Shown in pieces: positions 11,898-23,010 of a stretch of 64,000 bases of DNA. The DNA is from Patescibacteria group bacterium (GTDB taxonomy: Bacteria; Patescibacteriota; Patescibacteriia; UBA9570). A program made the translations under genes and the position numbers. A model generated the notes under the pieces. It was not told the origin of the DNA and did no database searches. It saw only the letters and a program-made list of their open reading frames with translations. Within the stretch, counting starts at the first letter, position 1. Every line of letters starts with the position of its first letter. The stretch is from assembly GCA_024277435.1 (NCBI GenBank), contig JAJRVJ010000010.1, forward strand, positions 23,663-87,662, given 5' to 3'.

Positions 11898-12319
11898 ACT
11901 GTATCTTTAGCCTTTGTTTGGCGAGTTATTGGCGTCTGCTTTTTTGTTAAATAAAATCCCTCTAGCACAATTAGCCCAATAAGCAGCATTCCAACGGACC
12001 ATAAATTAAACACATTTTTCGAAAATAACATCAGTGAGATAATCACTAGTAGTGCAAACCAGATTGCCTGCCGAATAGATGGAGTTACTAGACGAAATGT
12101 TACTGTAGTACGATGTCTAATTCGCTTAATAAGTACTCGAACTCCCAAACCTAACAGCGCGAACGAACCGAGTAGTGAGAAGAATAGCGATGCATAGAAA
12201 ACAAAAATTCCTACTAACCCAGATAACTCCGGATCTATGTAAAACAATACAGTTAGCCAGGCTGCCCAGCTAACTATAGTTACGCTTGCGACTGATATCA
12301 AGAAGCGTTGTAATGACAT
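11894..12319 (-). CDS. small integral membrane protein (4 predicted TM helices), unknown function
   Basis: 141-aa hydrophobic ORF. Its stop overlaps the pheS start by 4 nt (ATGA coupling). Confidence 0.5.
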   Translation of the reverse strand: MSLQRFLISVASVTIVSWAAWLTVLFYIDPELSGLVGIFVFYASLFFSLLGSFALLGLGVRVLIKRIRHRTTVTFRLVTPSIRQAIWFALLVIISLMLFSKNVFNLWSVGMLLIGLIVLEGFYLTKKQTPITRQTKAKDTV

Positions 12320-12376
12320 AAAGTAGCATTACTATAACACAATGTTTAGCTGATGGCTAGGATTTTTTTGTATAAT

Positions 12377-15300
12377 TTATGACCCAAGACGTTCCTTACC
12401 TGCAATTTGTGATATAGCCCTCCATTCATCTGCGCCAACTTCAAAGTCTCCATTACCAGCGGGTACGGTATCGGCGAATGCGTCCATAAAAAATCTATCT
12501 ACGTTTGTTGTAGCTAACGCATTATCACTTACAGCTCTAGCAATAAGCTGTCCAGCTGGGCCACTTTCAAATGTAATGCCGTATGCCTCAATAATAGGAG
12601 GTTTAGCGCTTCGTAATGCTTTCTTAATAGCCCGCAATGCAGCTCTTGGCCCCATACCATTATCAGATTCGTGAAATGCAAGGGTTTTTTCTAAATCATT
12701 TACTACTGATTGGATAACCTCTGGATCTTCTAGCGCTGATTGAGCATCTAAATCTAATTCATCAGCCACAACAATATCTTCTGGCCCTCCATCACCCATA
12801 ACAGAGTCCGAAGCATCAACGGTAGCGCTATCTACCCGAGCCATTCCAGCTGACTCTACATCAACCGCTCCTGGCCCAGCACCAATAACTTCATCAACAG
12901 CAACAATTCCTGCGTTCTCTGGAACAACAGCTGCAGAGGCTTGTAGCGCAAGCCAATCTTGATAAGCAATTGCACTAGCCTCAGCTAATGTACTATCTTC
13001 TATAAAGGAAGTTGATCCATATACACTCATTTCATCACCCAGGTGCCCTATAGCACCAGTAGTAAAGTCTCCTGAGTGAGATCCAATTGCATGCCATCCA
13101 TCTTGTGCCATACCTAAGTATTCATCTGAATGCACTGCCCAAAATTCTTGAAAGGTACTAGGAACATCGGTAACCTCTAATCCCATATCGCTCGCTGTGC
13201 CGACATCAATAACTCCTGGGGAAAAGCTTGTGGCGGCAACTTCAACTGAAGATCCTGAGGCTGTACTAGCAACTAATTCTCCACCAGCGGCATGTAGTTG
13301 GAGTTCTTGAGCTAAGTCGTTACCTTGTAATATAGTTCGGGTAGCTGTATCGAATAATTGGATCGTAGCACTACCATCACTTACTGATAGTACTGGAACT
13401 ACCGCATCAGCCTTATCTATCCATAACTGCGCCCCTGTAGCTGCGTTTATAATTGGCTGCGCATCAGCTGCCCCAGCCACAGGCATTTCTGTGTTATGCA
13501 TTAAATCTACTAAGAAGCGATTAGCCCAAGTTGCTTTACTACCCATACCTTCTGTATAGCCCAATGTTTCCGCATTTTCCATTACTTGGGGACGTAAACT
13601 CTGCCAAAACCCCTCACCTTTTGCTACGGTCATTTCAGTCCAAACAGCATCTGGAATATCAGCTACCTCGGCACTCACCGCTTCTGCCACGGGTTCTGCA
13701 GGAGTCGCTGATGGCGTAGGTTCAACAGGTATAGGTGATGCGGCGGCAGATGTTGATTCGGGAGTAGCTAGCTCCGGAGATACAGAAGTAGGCGCGGGTG
13801 CTGGTAATGGTTCTGGCGAGGGTGTAGCTTCAACTACTGGTGCCGAAGTTGGTTCAGGTGTTGGTAAGGAATCGGATGTATCTGGCACTCCCATTACAGC
13901 TGCACTATCCGCACCAGACTCTGTAGCGCTAGTTACTAAATCGCTCGCCCCTCCAAAAAAAGCGTAGATTGAATTCTTAACCTCGCTTAATGTCTCAAAT
14001 ACACGATGGCCAACAGTGGTTTCTCCAAACATATCGCTAGCCCCACCAGCGGCATCCCATATAAATCCACTACCAAATGCTGCTGCTATTGCTCCCGTGA
14101 TTATTTTTTGTATTTTTCTACGTTCCTGTAAATCCTGGCGCACTGTAAATAATTTATCATCAAGCTCCGCAAATAATAGTCCAAGTTTTTGCTCTAAATC
14201 CATTGCATCTGGTCCATTAAGAATTTCCTGACGTTTATATTTCATGTAATGCCGTGAAGCATTATGATACAACAGAGAATTAATTTTACTTCCTTGAATA
14301 GAACTTCTAGCCTCAAAATGCACTATGGCCTCACCAAAGCGTTGCCAATCACCTTCTGAACTATGTTCATCAGGCCACGCACCTTTCGCTAACGCGGCTT
14401 CGGCGGATGCAATTTGTTTTTGTTGAACCAAACCATCAAAACCAATATATGTCATCCCTGAACGTGCTAGCACAGCTGCGCCAGCTCCAAGTGACGCCGC
14501 TACAGTTACTGGAGCACTACCAGCCACAGCAATAGCACCTAAGGTACTAGCTCCAGTTGCTAATGCTATACTTGTAGCTGTTCGCATAGACATCATGTTT
14601 AGCGCTGCATTGACAAGTTTACTATCTGGCCGACTACCGCGCGCCCTTTCATATAGTGCGCCTGCATTCATATCCCCTAATCTTTTCCACACACCTTTAA
14701 TTGTTTCACGTAATGGATGATCAATTATTTCACGCTCCGCAATCTCATCAAGTACACTTAATCGTTCAGCTAGAGCTAATTGAATCTTCTCTTTAACAAA
14801 TTGCGTTCTCTCAGCTGAATACTCATCACGTTTTGCTTCAACATCAGCAACTTCAACCCTACCTCGTTCAAGTTCTTTTTGAAGGTGAATATATTCAAGA
14901 CGCAGCTTACGTAAATTATCTGCTGCTGTGCCAATAGTATCGTCAAGACGATCTAATTCATCTTTATATTCTTTTGGAAGATCTTCCTCAGTAAAACCGT
15001 GTTGCGCTAATTTATCTTGCCGAGCCTCTTCAAAGCTACTAAGAACCGGACCTGGATCTGGTGGTGGTTCTGGTAAATCTGAATCAAGCCGCACCTCCAT
15101 AACAGACAAAGCCAAGCTACCGCGTTGCTGATCTTGATTTCTCTTTAAAGCTTCAGCCATTAAATTCTCTTGAATTACTCGGGTATCACCATGAGCCTCC
15201 ATGATTATTCTTTCAATATCACTTGCGCTCAACATATCAAATACGACCCCGCCATTGTCAGATAAAATAAGATCACCTCGCTCTAACTGCAGTTCTTCTC

Positions 15301-15922
15301 CTGGATCAATAAGATTCCTTAAAGTTTGGAGGCGACCCCTTATAAATACATATACGGAAACTTGTTCGGGTAGCTGTTGTCGTTCTGCGTAGCTAATGTT
15401 TCCATCTGCAGAAATTCGTACAAGAGAAGCAGAATATTCCGCATCTTCCGGAGCGTTTGGATTGGCGTCAGCTAGATTAAATACCGACTCTAAATTATTA
15501 CCAACAGCAGAAATATTATTTGCAACAATAACACCAATACCTTCAGCCATCATATGACCATTTGTTTCACTACCAGAAACCTTCTTTATGCCGTGTCCAG
15601 TAACAATACCTATTGCTACAGACCCATCGCTTTCGACGCTTCTCACAATATTATTCTGATTTTCCCTAACCAGTGAGCCCTTTTTCCCACCATAATGTGA
15701 TTGGGCATGAATTTCTACTACAGGATTCACAGCATGAAACTCCTGATGCGGTGCTCGCTCAGGTTTTTTCCAATATTCTGCGGTAGCGCCAAATGTGTTA
15801 ACTCCCAACTCTAAATGCTGCGGGCGACGATCCGCCTCAGCTCGTCGTTCTGAGGGCTTTTTCCAATCAGCCGTTCTACGTTCTACGTTACGGGGTGTTC
15901 CTACCATATATATGTTAGACAA
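12377..15922 (-). CDS. large multidomain protein: N-terminal PP2C-like phosphatase-like domain, coiled coil, Gly/Ala-rich hydrophobic segment, Pro/Thr-rich linker, and a C-terminal domain of unknown function
   Basis: 1181-aa uninterrupted ORF. The N-terminus has an imperfect internal repeat WKKPSERRAE / WKKPERAPHQE. GIVTGHGIKK...SVYVFIRGRLQTL...GDLILSDNGGVVFDML resembles PP2C/SpoIIE motifs. Coiled-coil roughly aa 330-400. Hydrophobic block TATSIALATGASTLGAIAVAGSAPVTVAASLGAGAAVLA. Linker PTPEPTSAPVVEATPSPEPLPAPAPTSVSPELATPESTS. Visibly more GC-rich than its neighbours. Confidence 0.6.
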   Translation of the reverse strand: MSNIYMVGTPRNVERRTADWKKPSERRAEADRRPQHLELGVNTFGATAEYWKKPERAPHQEFHAVNPVVEIHAQSHYGGKKGSLVRENQNNIVRSVESDGSVAIGIVTGHGIKKVSGSETNGHMMAEGIGVIVANNISAVGNNLESVFNLADANPNAPEDAEYSASLVRISADGNISYAERQQLPEQVSVYVFIRGRLQTLRNLIDPGEELQLERGDLILSDNGGVVFDMLSASDIERIIMEAHGDTRVIQENLMAEALKRNQDQQRGSLALSVMEVRLDSDLPEPPPDPGPVLSSFEEARQDKLAQHGFTEEDLPKEYKDELDRLDDTIGTAADNLRKLRLEYIHLQKELERGRVEVADVEAKRDEYSAERTQFVKEKIQLALAERLSVLDEIAEREIIDHPLRETIKGVWKRLGDMNAGALYERARGSRPDSKLVNAALNMMSMRTATSIALATGASTLGAIAVAGSAPVTVAASLGAGAAVLARSGMTYIGFDGLVQQKQIASAEAALAKGAWPDEHSSEGDWQRFGEAIVHFEARSSIQGSKINSLLYHNASRHYMKYKRQEILNGPDAMDLEQKLGLLFAELDDKLFTVRQDLQERRKIQKIITGAIAAAFGSGFIWDAAGGASDMFGETTVGHRVFETLSEVKNSIYAFFGGASDLVTSATESGADSAAVMGVPDTSDSLPTPEPTSAPVVEATPSPEPLPAPAPTSVSPELATPESTSAAASPIPVEPTPSATPAEPVAEAVSAEVADIPDAVWTEMTVAKGEGFWQSLRPQVMENAETLGYTEGMGSKATWANRFLVDLMHNTEMPVAGAADAQPIINAATGAQLWIDKADAVVPVLSVSDGSATIQLFDTATRTILQGNDLAQELQLHAAGGELVASTASGSSVEVAATSFSPGVIDVGTASDMGLEVTDVPSTFQEFWAVHSDEYLGMAQDGWHAIGSHSGDFTTGAIGHLGDEMSVYGSTSFIEDSTLAEASAIAYQDWLALQASAAVVPENAGIVAVDEVIGAGPGAVDVESAGMARVDSATVDASDSVMGDGGPEDIVVADELDLDAQSALEDPEVIQSVVNDLEKTLAFHESDNGMGPRAALRAIKKALRSAKPPIIEAYGITFESGPAGQLIARAVSDNALATTNVDRFFMDAFADTVPAGNGDFEVGADEWRAISQIAGKERLGS

Positions 15923-16214
15923 GTTCAGTTAATTCTTTGCGGAGAGCTTCAATTTCCACCTGCATAATATCATTAAATTCAGGTACATATTCTAATATTT
16001 TAGTAATGCGCTCCTCTTCTGTGCCATCCATAAGCACTTTTTCATCATCTTTGGAGAGTTTTTTTGATTCCAGCTTATCAGCCACTGCCAACATCGCTCG
16101 CTTCAATACTAATTCTGTCATCTGCGACATTAGAACAAATTTATCTTCTGATGGTAGATCTTCTAGACCTAGCTGAGTAAAAATACTGTTTTGTAGCGGC
16201 GTTGATTTATTCAT
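15915..16214 (-). CDS. small acidic alpha-helical protein, paralog of the 40883..41125 product; translationally coupled to the 1181-aa gene
   Basis: 99 aa. LEDLPSEDKFVLM...DDEKVLMDGTEEERITKILEY aligns with KEDLESLDGLMEM...DDSEEKRKTMIDEILTIY of the 80-aa ORF. 8-nt overlap with the downstream giant ORF. Confidence 0.55.
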   Translation of the reverse strand: MNKSTPLQNSIFTQLGLEDLPSEDKFVLMSQMTELVLKRAMLAVADKLESKKLSKDDEKVLMDGTEEERITKILEYVPEFNDIMQVEIEALRKELTELV

Positions 16215-16386
16215 ATGTATATGACGAAGCTAATTGTGTAGTAGTTAATTTATGTTTCTACAATTTAATATATCATATATTAACAAAAAATAATATCACA
16301 ATCATGTGCGATTGTCAAGTCCTACTGTATGTTTTGATTAAATTACTTCTCTTAAATAAGAAATACACAGTTATTTAGAAAGTCCA

Positions 16387-16415
16387 TTGACAGTTTTAAG
16401 TAACTGCAATAGAAT
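16387..16415 (+). promoter_or_regulatory. sigma70-type promoter of the ATP synthase operon
   Basis: TTGACA (16387-16392), 17-nt spacer, TAGAAT (16410-16415). The ATG of the first operon gene is at 16424, about 8 nt after the -10, implying a leaderless or near-leaderless transcript. Confidence 0.7.
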
Positions 16416-16423
16416 ATACCCGC

Positions 16424-16708
16424 ATGAATGAGCTACCTAATCAACCAGATACAGAGTCTCAGGTAGAAAATATGCAATCTGTTGGTTCTTCAGCAGGCCT
16501 CAAAGCCCTCGCTTTGGTGGGAATCACAACAGGTTACATATTTGGGCCATTAATCATTATTGGTGGTGCAGGTTGGTATTTAGGGGAGCTTATTAATGCG
16601 AAGTGGGTAGTATTTGTTGCCGTTTTAATATCTTTCATTATTTCTAATGTATTGATATTCAAGCAAGCTCCGAAAGCCACAAGAAAAATTGCGATTAATA
16701 AGAAGTAA
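16424..16708 (+). CDS. atpI: ATP synthase protein I / AtpZ-like small membrane protein
   Basis: 94 aa with two TM helices, immediately upstream of atpB. Alternative start at 16472. Confidence 0.6.
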   Translation: MNELPNQPDTESQVENMQSVGSSAGLKALALVGITTGYIFGPLIIIGGAGWYLGELINAKWVVFVAVLISFIISNVLIFKQAPKATRKIAINKK

Positions 16709-16714
16709 ACACGA

Positions 16715-17476
16715 ATGATTGAAATTAGTTTAAAGCCTGATGTTCTAGGCATATTTGCAGGATTCCCAATTACGAATGCACTTTTAGTATCTGTACTTAC
16801 CACCATTGTATTATGTGTAATATTTATGTTTGTAGCACGAAGAATGAAGCAAGTGCCTGGTAGATTGCAATTATTTGTAGAAACATTTCTTACAGGAAGT
16901 TACGAATTCGTACATGGCGTTACTCAGAACGAAACAGTAACCAAACGAATGTTTCCTATTTTTACAACATTATTACTGTTTTTCTTAGCTGCTAACCTCA
17001 CTGGATTCATTCCAGGACTTGCAGCACTATCCTTTAATGATATGCCATTATATAGATCAGCGACTTCAGATTATGCGCTGATTTTTGTTATTACGATGGT
17101 GATGTTTATTGGATGGCAGTTGGTTGCTATAGTTTCTGGTGGTTTATTTGGATATGTAAAAAAGTATATCAACTTCTCAAGCCCAATGGATTTTGTAATG
17201 GGACTTCTTGATATTATTGGTGAGAGTGCAAAAATCGTTTCCTTATCGTTTCGTTTGTTCGGAAATATTTTTGCTGGAGAAGTGATTGCCACAGTAATGC
17301 TAGTGTTAATGCCGTATGTAGCACCAGTACCTTTTGCACTTTTAGGATTGTTGAGCTCAGTAATTCAGGCAGCGGTATTCCCTATTTTGGTTTTGATCTT
17401 CTTTAATATGGCTATTGTCGTAAAAGAAGAAAAGCAAAAAGAAGTGCTAGTAGCAGAAGGCGCTAGTACGAAATAA
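16715..17476 (+). CDS. atpB: F0F1 ATP synthase subunit a
   Basis: Conserved SLSFRLFGNIFAGE motif with the essential Arg. Polytopic. Confidence 0.92.
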   Translation: MIEISLKPDVLGIFAGFPITNALLVSVLTTIVLCVIFMFVARRMKQVPGRLQLFVETFLTGSYEFVHGVTQNETVTKRMFPIFTTLLLFFLAANLTGFIPGLAALSFNDMPLYRSATSDYALIFVITMVMFIGWQLVAIVSGGLFGYVKKYINFSSPMDFVMGLLDIIGESAKIVSLSFRLFGNIFAGEVIATVMLVLMPYVAPVPFALLGLLSSVIQAAVFPILVLIFFNMAIVVKEEKQKEVLVAEGASTK

Positions 17477-17519
17477 TTTTATCAATATTTAATAAACAAC
17501 TAATAAATAATACACAAAT

Positions 17520-17750
17520 ATGGAATTAGAAGCAGCACGTTTAATCGCAGCCGGATTAGCAATGGGACTAGGTGCCATTGGTTCAGGTATTGGTGAAGGT
17601 ATCGCCGCTGGTCGCGCACTAGAAGCAATGGGACGTAACCCAAGCCTTAAAGACGAATTATTCACTCGAATGATTGTAGCTATGGCTATTACGGAATCTA
17701 CCGCTATTTATGCATTGGTAGTAACTTTATTAATCCTTTTTGCTGTTTAG
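17520..17750 (+). CDS. atpE: F0F1 ATP synthase subunit c
   Basis: 76 aa hairpin proteolipid. GxGxGxG and the carboxylate E in AITESTAIYALVV. Confidence 0.92.
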   Translation: MELEAARLIAAGLAMGLGAIGSGIGEGIAAGRALEAMGRNPSLKDELFTRMIVAMAITESTAIYALVVTLLILFAV

Positions 17751-17756
17751 TCCCCT

Positions 17757-18254
17757 ATGGGTCAATTATTTGAAGCACTTGGCTTAGATCTTAAAATCCT
17801 TATTGCGCAGTTAGTAAACTTCGCAATTCTATTTGCAGTACTATATAAACTTGGTTACAAACCAATTATGAAATTTGTAGCTGAACGTACTGCAACTATT
17901 GAGGAGGGTGTAAAACATGCAGAAGATGCCAAAAAAGCTTTAGCGGACGCTCAGCAAGATCAGGATCGTATTCTGGCTGAAGCTCGCAAGGAAGCTCAAT
18001 CAATTATCACTGAAGCTCGTGAGCAAGCTGTAAAGCAAGCTGATTCCATTGTTGGAAAAAGTAAAGAGCAAACAGCAAAGGTTGTTGATAAAGCAAAACA
18101 AGATATTCGCAGAGAGCATGAACAAATGATTCAACAGGCTAAAGCAGAGCTATCGGATGTTGTATTACTGGCAACAGAAAAGGTATTGCAAGAAAAAATT
18201 GACGCGCCAGCTGATAAGGCGTTTGTTGAAAAAACACTCTCTCAAATAAAATAA
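17757..18254 (+). CDS. atpF: F0F1 ATP synthase subunit b
   Basis: N-terminal TM followed by a long charged helix. Operon position. Confidence 0.85.
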   Translation: MGQLFEALGLDLKILIAQLVNFAILFAVLYKLGYKPIMKFVAERTATIEEGVKHAEDAKKALADAQQDQDRILAEARKEAQSIITEAREQAVKQADSIVGKSKEQTAKVVDKAKQDIRREHEQMIQQAKAELSDVVLLATEKVLQEKIDAPADKAFVEKTLSQIK

Positions 18255-18257
18255 CAT

Positions 18258-18650
18258 ATGAAATTAACCGCCAAACATTACGCTCAAGCATTGTATGAAC
18301 TATCTGCTGAAGTTGATAGCCCTGAGAAATCCAAGTACATGAAGAAATTCTTAAGTACCATGTATTCACGTGGTCATATTAAATGGCTACCTACAGTTGT
18401 ACGTGAATTGGGGCTTATTGAAGAACGCGCTTCTGGAATTACACATGTACGAGTTACCACTGCTCGTGAAAGCGATAGTAATGAAGTAAAGAAAATCGTA
18501 CAAGAAGCTATAAGCGAGGATAATATTGAGTTAACCACAGCGGTTGATCCAGTACTCCTAGGTGGAATGCGCATTGAAACACGTGATAAGCGCTGGGATT
18601 TGTCTGTTCGTGGACAACTGCAAGCACTTATTCATACAATGCAACGATAG
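18258..18650 (+). CDS. atpH: F0F1 ATP synthase subunit delta (OSCP), short form
   Basis: 130 aa. Operon position between atpF and atpA. C-terminal LLGGMRIE...[10 protein letters not shown] matches the delta C-domain. Confidence 0.8.
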   Translation: MKLTAKHYAQALYELSAEVDSPEKSKYMKKFLSTMYSRGHIKWLPTVVRELGLIEERASGITHVRVTTARESDSNEVKKIVQEAISEDNIELTTAVDPVLLGGMRIETRDKRWDLSVRGQLQALIHTMQR

Positions 18651-18690
18651 TAAATATTTAATTGAAGAACGAATTACGAATAAGAACGTT

Positions 18691-20223
18691 ATGGCTGAAG
18701 TAAAAGATTCAATTGTTCAACAACTCAAAGAAGAGATTGCTGATTTTAAAACTTCTATTCAAAAGGAAGATATCGGCACCGTTGTTGAAGTAGCTGACGG
18801 AATTGTAAAAGCCGTTGGTTTAGCGCAAGTACAAGCCTCCGAAATGGTTGAGTTTGATAATGGCGTGCTTGGTGTAGCGCTCAATCTAGAAGAAGGTTCC
18901 GTAGGTATCATGATTATGGGTGATTACACAGGTATCTCCGAAGGAATGAAAGTAAAAGGTCTTGGCCGCATTTTAGAGGTGCCGGTTGGAGAAGCGATGA
19001 TTGGTCGTGTGGTTGATGCACTTGGTAAAGCTAAAGATGGAAAAGGAGATATTAAATCTGATAAAACGTACCCGATGGAACGAGTTGCACCTGGTGTGAT
19101 GACACGTAAATCTGTTCATCGACCAATGCAAACTGGTATTAAATCTATTGATGCCATGACACCAGTTGGTCGCGGTCAACGTGAATTGATTATTGGTGAT
19201 CGTCAAACTGGCAAAACTGCTATTGCTATTGATACCATTCTTAACCAAAAAGGTGAGGATGTTATTTGTATCTACGTAGCAATTGGTCAAAAGGAAAGTA
19301 AAATCCGTCAATTAGTAGCTCGCCTAGAAGAAGCCGGTGCAATGGAATACACTATCATTGTTACTGCCTCAGCTGCAGAGCCCGCTGCCCTAAACTACCT
19401 AGCTCCGTATGCTGGTTGCGCCATGGGTGAATACTTCATGGATAATGGCAAAGATGCATTGATTATCTACGATGACCTTTCAAAGCATGCCGTTGCTTAC
19501 CGACAAATTTCCCTCTTATTGCGTCGTCCACCAGGACGAGAAGCGTATCCTGGAGATGTGTTTTATGCTCACTCTCGCCTACTGGAACGCGCTGCTAAAC
19601 TGAATGAAGATAATGGAGGCGGATCACTAACTGCCCTACCAATTATTGAAACTCAAGCTAATGATGTATCAGCCTATATTCCTACAAATGTAATTTCCAT
19701 TACTGATGGACAAATTTATTTGGAGACTAACCTATTTAATAAGGGTATGCGTCCGGCGGTAAATGTAGGTTTATCTGTATCTCGCGTAGGTGGCGCTGCT
19801 CAAATTAAGGGCATGAAAAAAGTTGCTGGTAACCTACGTCTCGGATTGGCTCAATACCGAGAATTAGAAGCCTTTGCTCAATTCGGATCCGATCTTGATG
19901 ATGCTACAAAACAACAACTAGCGCGTGGTAAACGACTAGATGAATTATTGAAACAAGATCAATACAAACCACTACGTGTAGAAGAACAAGTTGTTCAACT
20001 CTATACTGTAAATGCAGGATGGATGGATGATATTGAACCAACAAAAATCAAACAATTTGGTGAAGGACTACTGGAATATGTAGATCAAAATGCAAAAGAA
20101 ATCTACTCGAAAATTGTTGAAGAAAAAATGTTTGATGAAGCTTGGGAAAAGAAACTAGAAGAAGTAATTAAAGCGTATAAGAGCATTCTGGAAACAGAAA
20201 TGTTCGTACCAAAAGCTGATTAA
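18691..20223 (+). CDS. atpA: F0F1 ATP synthase subunit alpha
   Basis: Walker [41 protein letters not shown]. Start set to MAEVKDS, since the ORF track includes 43 spurious upstream codons. Confidence 0.95.
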   Translation: MAEVKDSIVQQLKEEIADFKTSIQKEDIGTVVEVADGIVKAVGLAQVQASEMVEFDNGVLGVALNLEEGSVGIMIMGDYTGISEGMKVKGLGRILEVPVGEAMIGRVVDALGKAKDGKGDIKSDKTYPMERVAPGVMTRKSVHRPMQTGIKSIDAMTPVGRGQRELIIGDRQTGKTAIAIDTILNQKGEDVICIYVAIGQKESKIRQLVARLEEAGAMEYTIIVTASAAEPAALNYLAPYAGCAMGEYFMDNGKDALIIYDDLSKHAVAYRQISLLLRRPPGREAYPGDVFYAHSRLLERAAKLNEDNGGGSLTALPIIETQANDVSAYIPTNVISITDGQIYLETNLFNKGMRPAVNVGLSVSRVGGAAQIKGMKKVAGNLRLGLAQYRELEAFAQFGSDLDDATKQQLARGKRLDELLKQDQYKPLRVEEQVVQLYTVNAGWMDDIEPTKIKQFGEGLLEYVDQNAKEIYSKIVEEKMFDEAWEKKLEEVIKAYKSILETEMFVPKAD

Positions 20224-20231
20224 TTGCCATT

Positions 20232-21164
20232 ATGCCAGTACAAGCACGCGAAATTAAAGGACGTCTCAAATCCATTAAAAACACGAGTAAAATTACTCAT
20301 ACAATGGAATTGGTTGCTGCTGCAAAAATGCGTCGAGCAGTTTCTTCAGCTCTTGATAGCCGACCATATGCTGCACTTGCCTGGGATCTCATGAGTCGCC
20401 TACGTGATTCAACAGCAATTACCGAAGGTGATTCTATCATGCGCTTCTTTGATGACGTTAAGCCATTAAAAGATGGTAAGAATCATACAACCATTATCCT
20501 ACTTACTTCTAATCGTGGATTGTGTGGGGCATTGAATACGAATGTACTTAAAAAAGTGATTCCGTATATTTCTAATCACAAAGATGAAGTTATAGATGTT
20601 ATTGGTGTAGGAAAAAAGGGTGTAAGTATTCTTAATAGCTTTGGACATAAATCTGAACTTGCTTATGAAAAAGATGATTCTGCTAAAGATGATGAATCCA
20701 TTCGTGATCTTGTAGTATATGTACATAAGAAGTTTAAGGATGGTAAGACCGGAAAAGTAATGGTTGCCTACACAGATTTCAAATCTGCTGTAATGCAAAA
20801 TGCTACCCTAAAACAAGTATTCCCTTTTACAAAAAATGATGACATCGCGGCTGCGGTAGATAATATTGATGAAAAGAAAGAGCGTGTTGAAAAACCTGAT
20901 GTACAATTCCCATATGTGTATGAACCAACTGAAGGAATTGTACTTGAATACCTTATTCCGCGGGTACTCACATCTGAAATTTATCAAGCATTGTTAGAAA
21001 GTAATGCCTCCGAGCATAGCTCTCGAATGATTGCGATGAAAAATGCAACAGAATCAGCGGCAGAAATGGCCGATGAGCTTAAATTGGAATTTAATAGGGC
21101 TCGTCAAGCTGGTATCACCCAAGAAATTGCGGAAATCTCAGCTGGATCAGCGGCAATTTCTTAA
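20232..21164 (+). CDS. atpG: F0F1 ATP synthase subunit gamma
   Basis: MPVQAREIKGRLKSIKNTSKITHTMELVAAAKMRRA N-terminus. C-terminal ITQEIAEI...SGSAA. Confidence 0.92.
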   Translation: MPVQAREIKGRLKSIKNTSKITHTMELVAAAKMRRAVSSALDSRPYAALAWDLMSRLRDSTAITEGDSIMRFFDDVKPLKDGKNHTTIILLTSNRGLCGALNTNVLKKVIPYISNHKDEVIDVIGVGKKGVSILNSFGHKSELAYEKDDSAKDDESIRDLVVYVHKKFKDGKTGKVMVAYTDFKSAVMQNATLKQVFPFTKNDDIAAAVDNIDEKKERVEKPDVQFPYVYEPTEGIVLEYLIPRVLTSEIYQALLESNASEHSSRMIAMKNATESAAEMADELKLEFNRARQAGITQEIAEISAGSAAIS

Positions 21165-22589
<1,425 letters not shown>

Positions 22590-23006
22590 ATGGAAAAAAC
22601 ATTGACTCTAAAACTCATCACTCCTGCTAAAACTGTTTTTGAGCAGGAAGTGGAGCAAGTGATTTTACCAACTGAGGCTGGTGAAATCACTGTATTGCCA
22701 AAACATACCTACTTGGTGAGCATTCTTAAACCAGGTGAAATGCTAGTAACTGCCGATGGGAAAGAATCGCCCGTAGCCGTAGCAGGAGGCGTTATTGAAA
22801 TGTATGATAATACATTAGTAATCTTGGCTGACTCCGCGGAGCATCCAACGGAAATTAATGTAGAGGAAGCAGAGAAACGTGCGGAAGAGTTGGCTCGAGA
22901 AATTGAGCAGCAAACCGACATGGACTTGAATACCTATAATACATTGCAGCACTCACTTGCGCATGAGCAAGCCCGCTTACGTACTGGTAAAAAGTGGCGG
23001 AAATAA
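22590..23006 (+). CDS. atpC: F0F1 ATP synthase subunit epsilon
   Basis: 138 aa. LKLITPAKTVFEQEVEQVILPTEAGEITVLPKH N-terminal beta-sandwich. Confidence 0.88.
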   Translation: MEKTLTLKLITPAKTVFEQEVEQVILPTEAGEITVLPKHTYLVSILKPGEMLVTADGKESPVAVAGGVIEMYDNTLVILADSAEHPTEINVEEAEKRAEELAREIEQQTDMDLNTYNTLQHSLAHEQARLRTGKKWRK

Positions 23007-23010
23007 TCAA

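Noticed and set aside
13681-13900. A possible tandem DNA repeat or CRISPR-like periodicity in the Pro/Thr-rich stretch of the 1181-aa gene.
   Set aside because: It is a protein-level low-complexity linker (PT/PE/PA-rich). The nucleotide sequence is not a regular direct-repeat array, and no spacer/repeat structure or cas genes are present anywhere in the window.
16312-16340. A second plus-strand promoter (TTGTCA-17-TGATTA) upstream of the ATP synthase promoter.
   Set aside because: The -10 hexamer is a poor match (1 of 6). The strong TTGACA-17-TAGAAT promoter downstream is sufficient.
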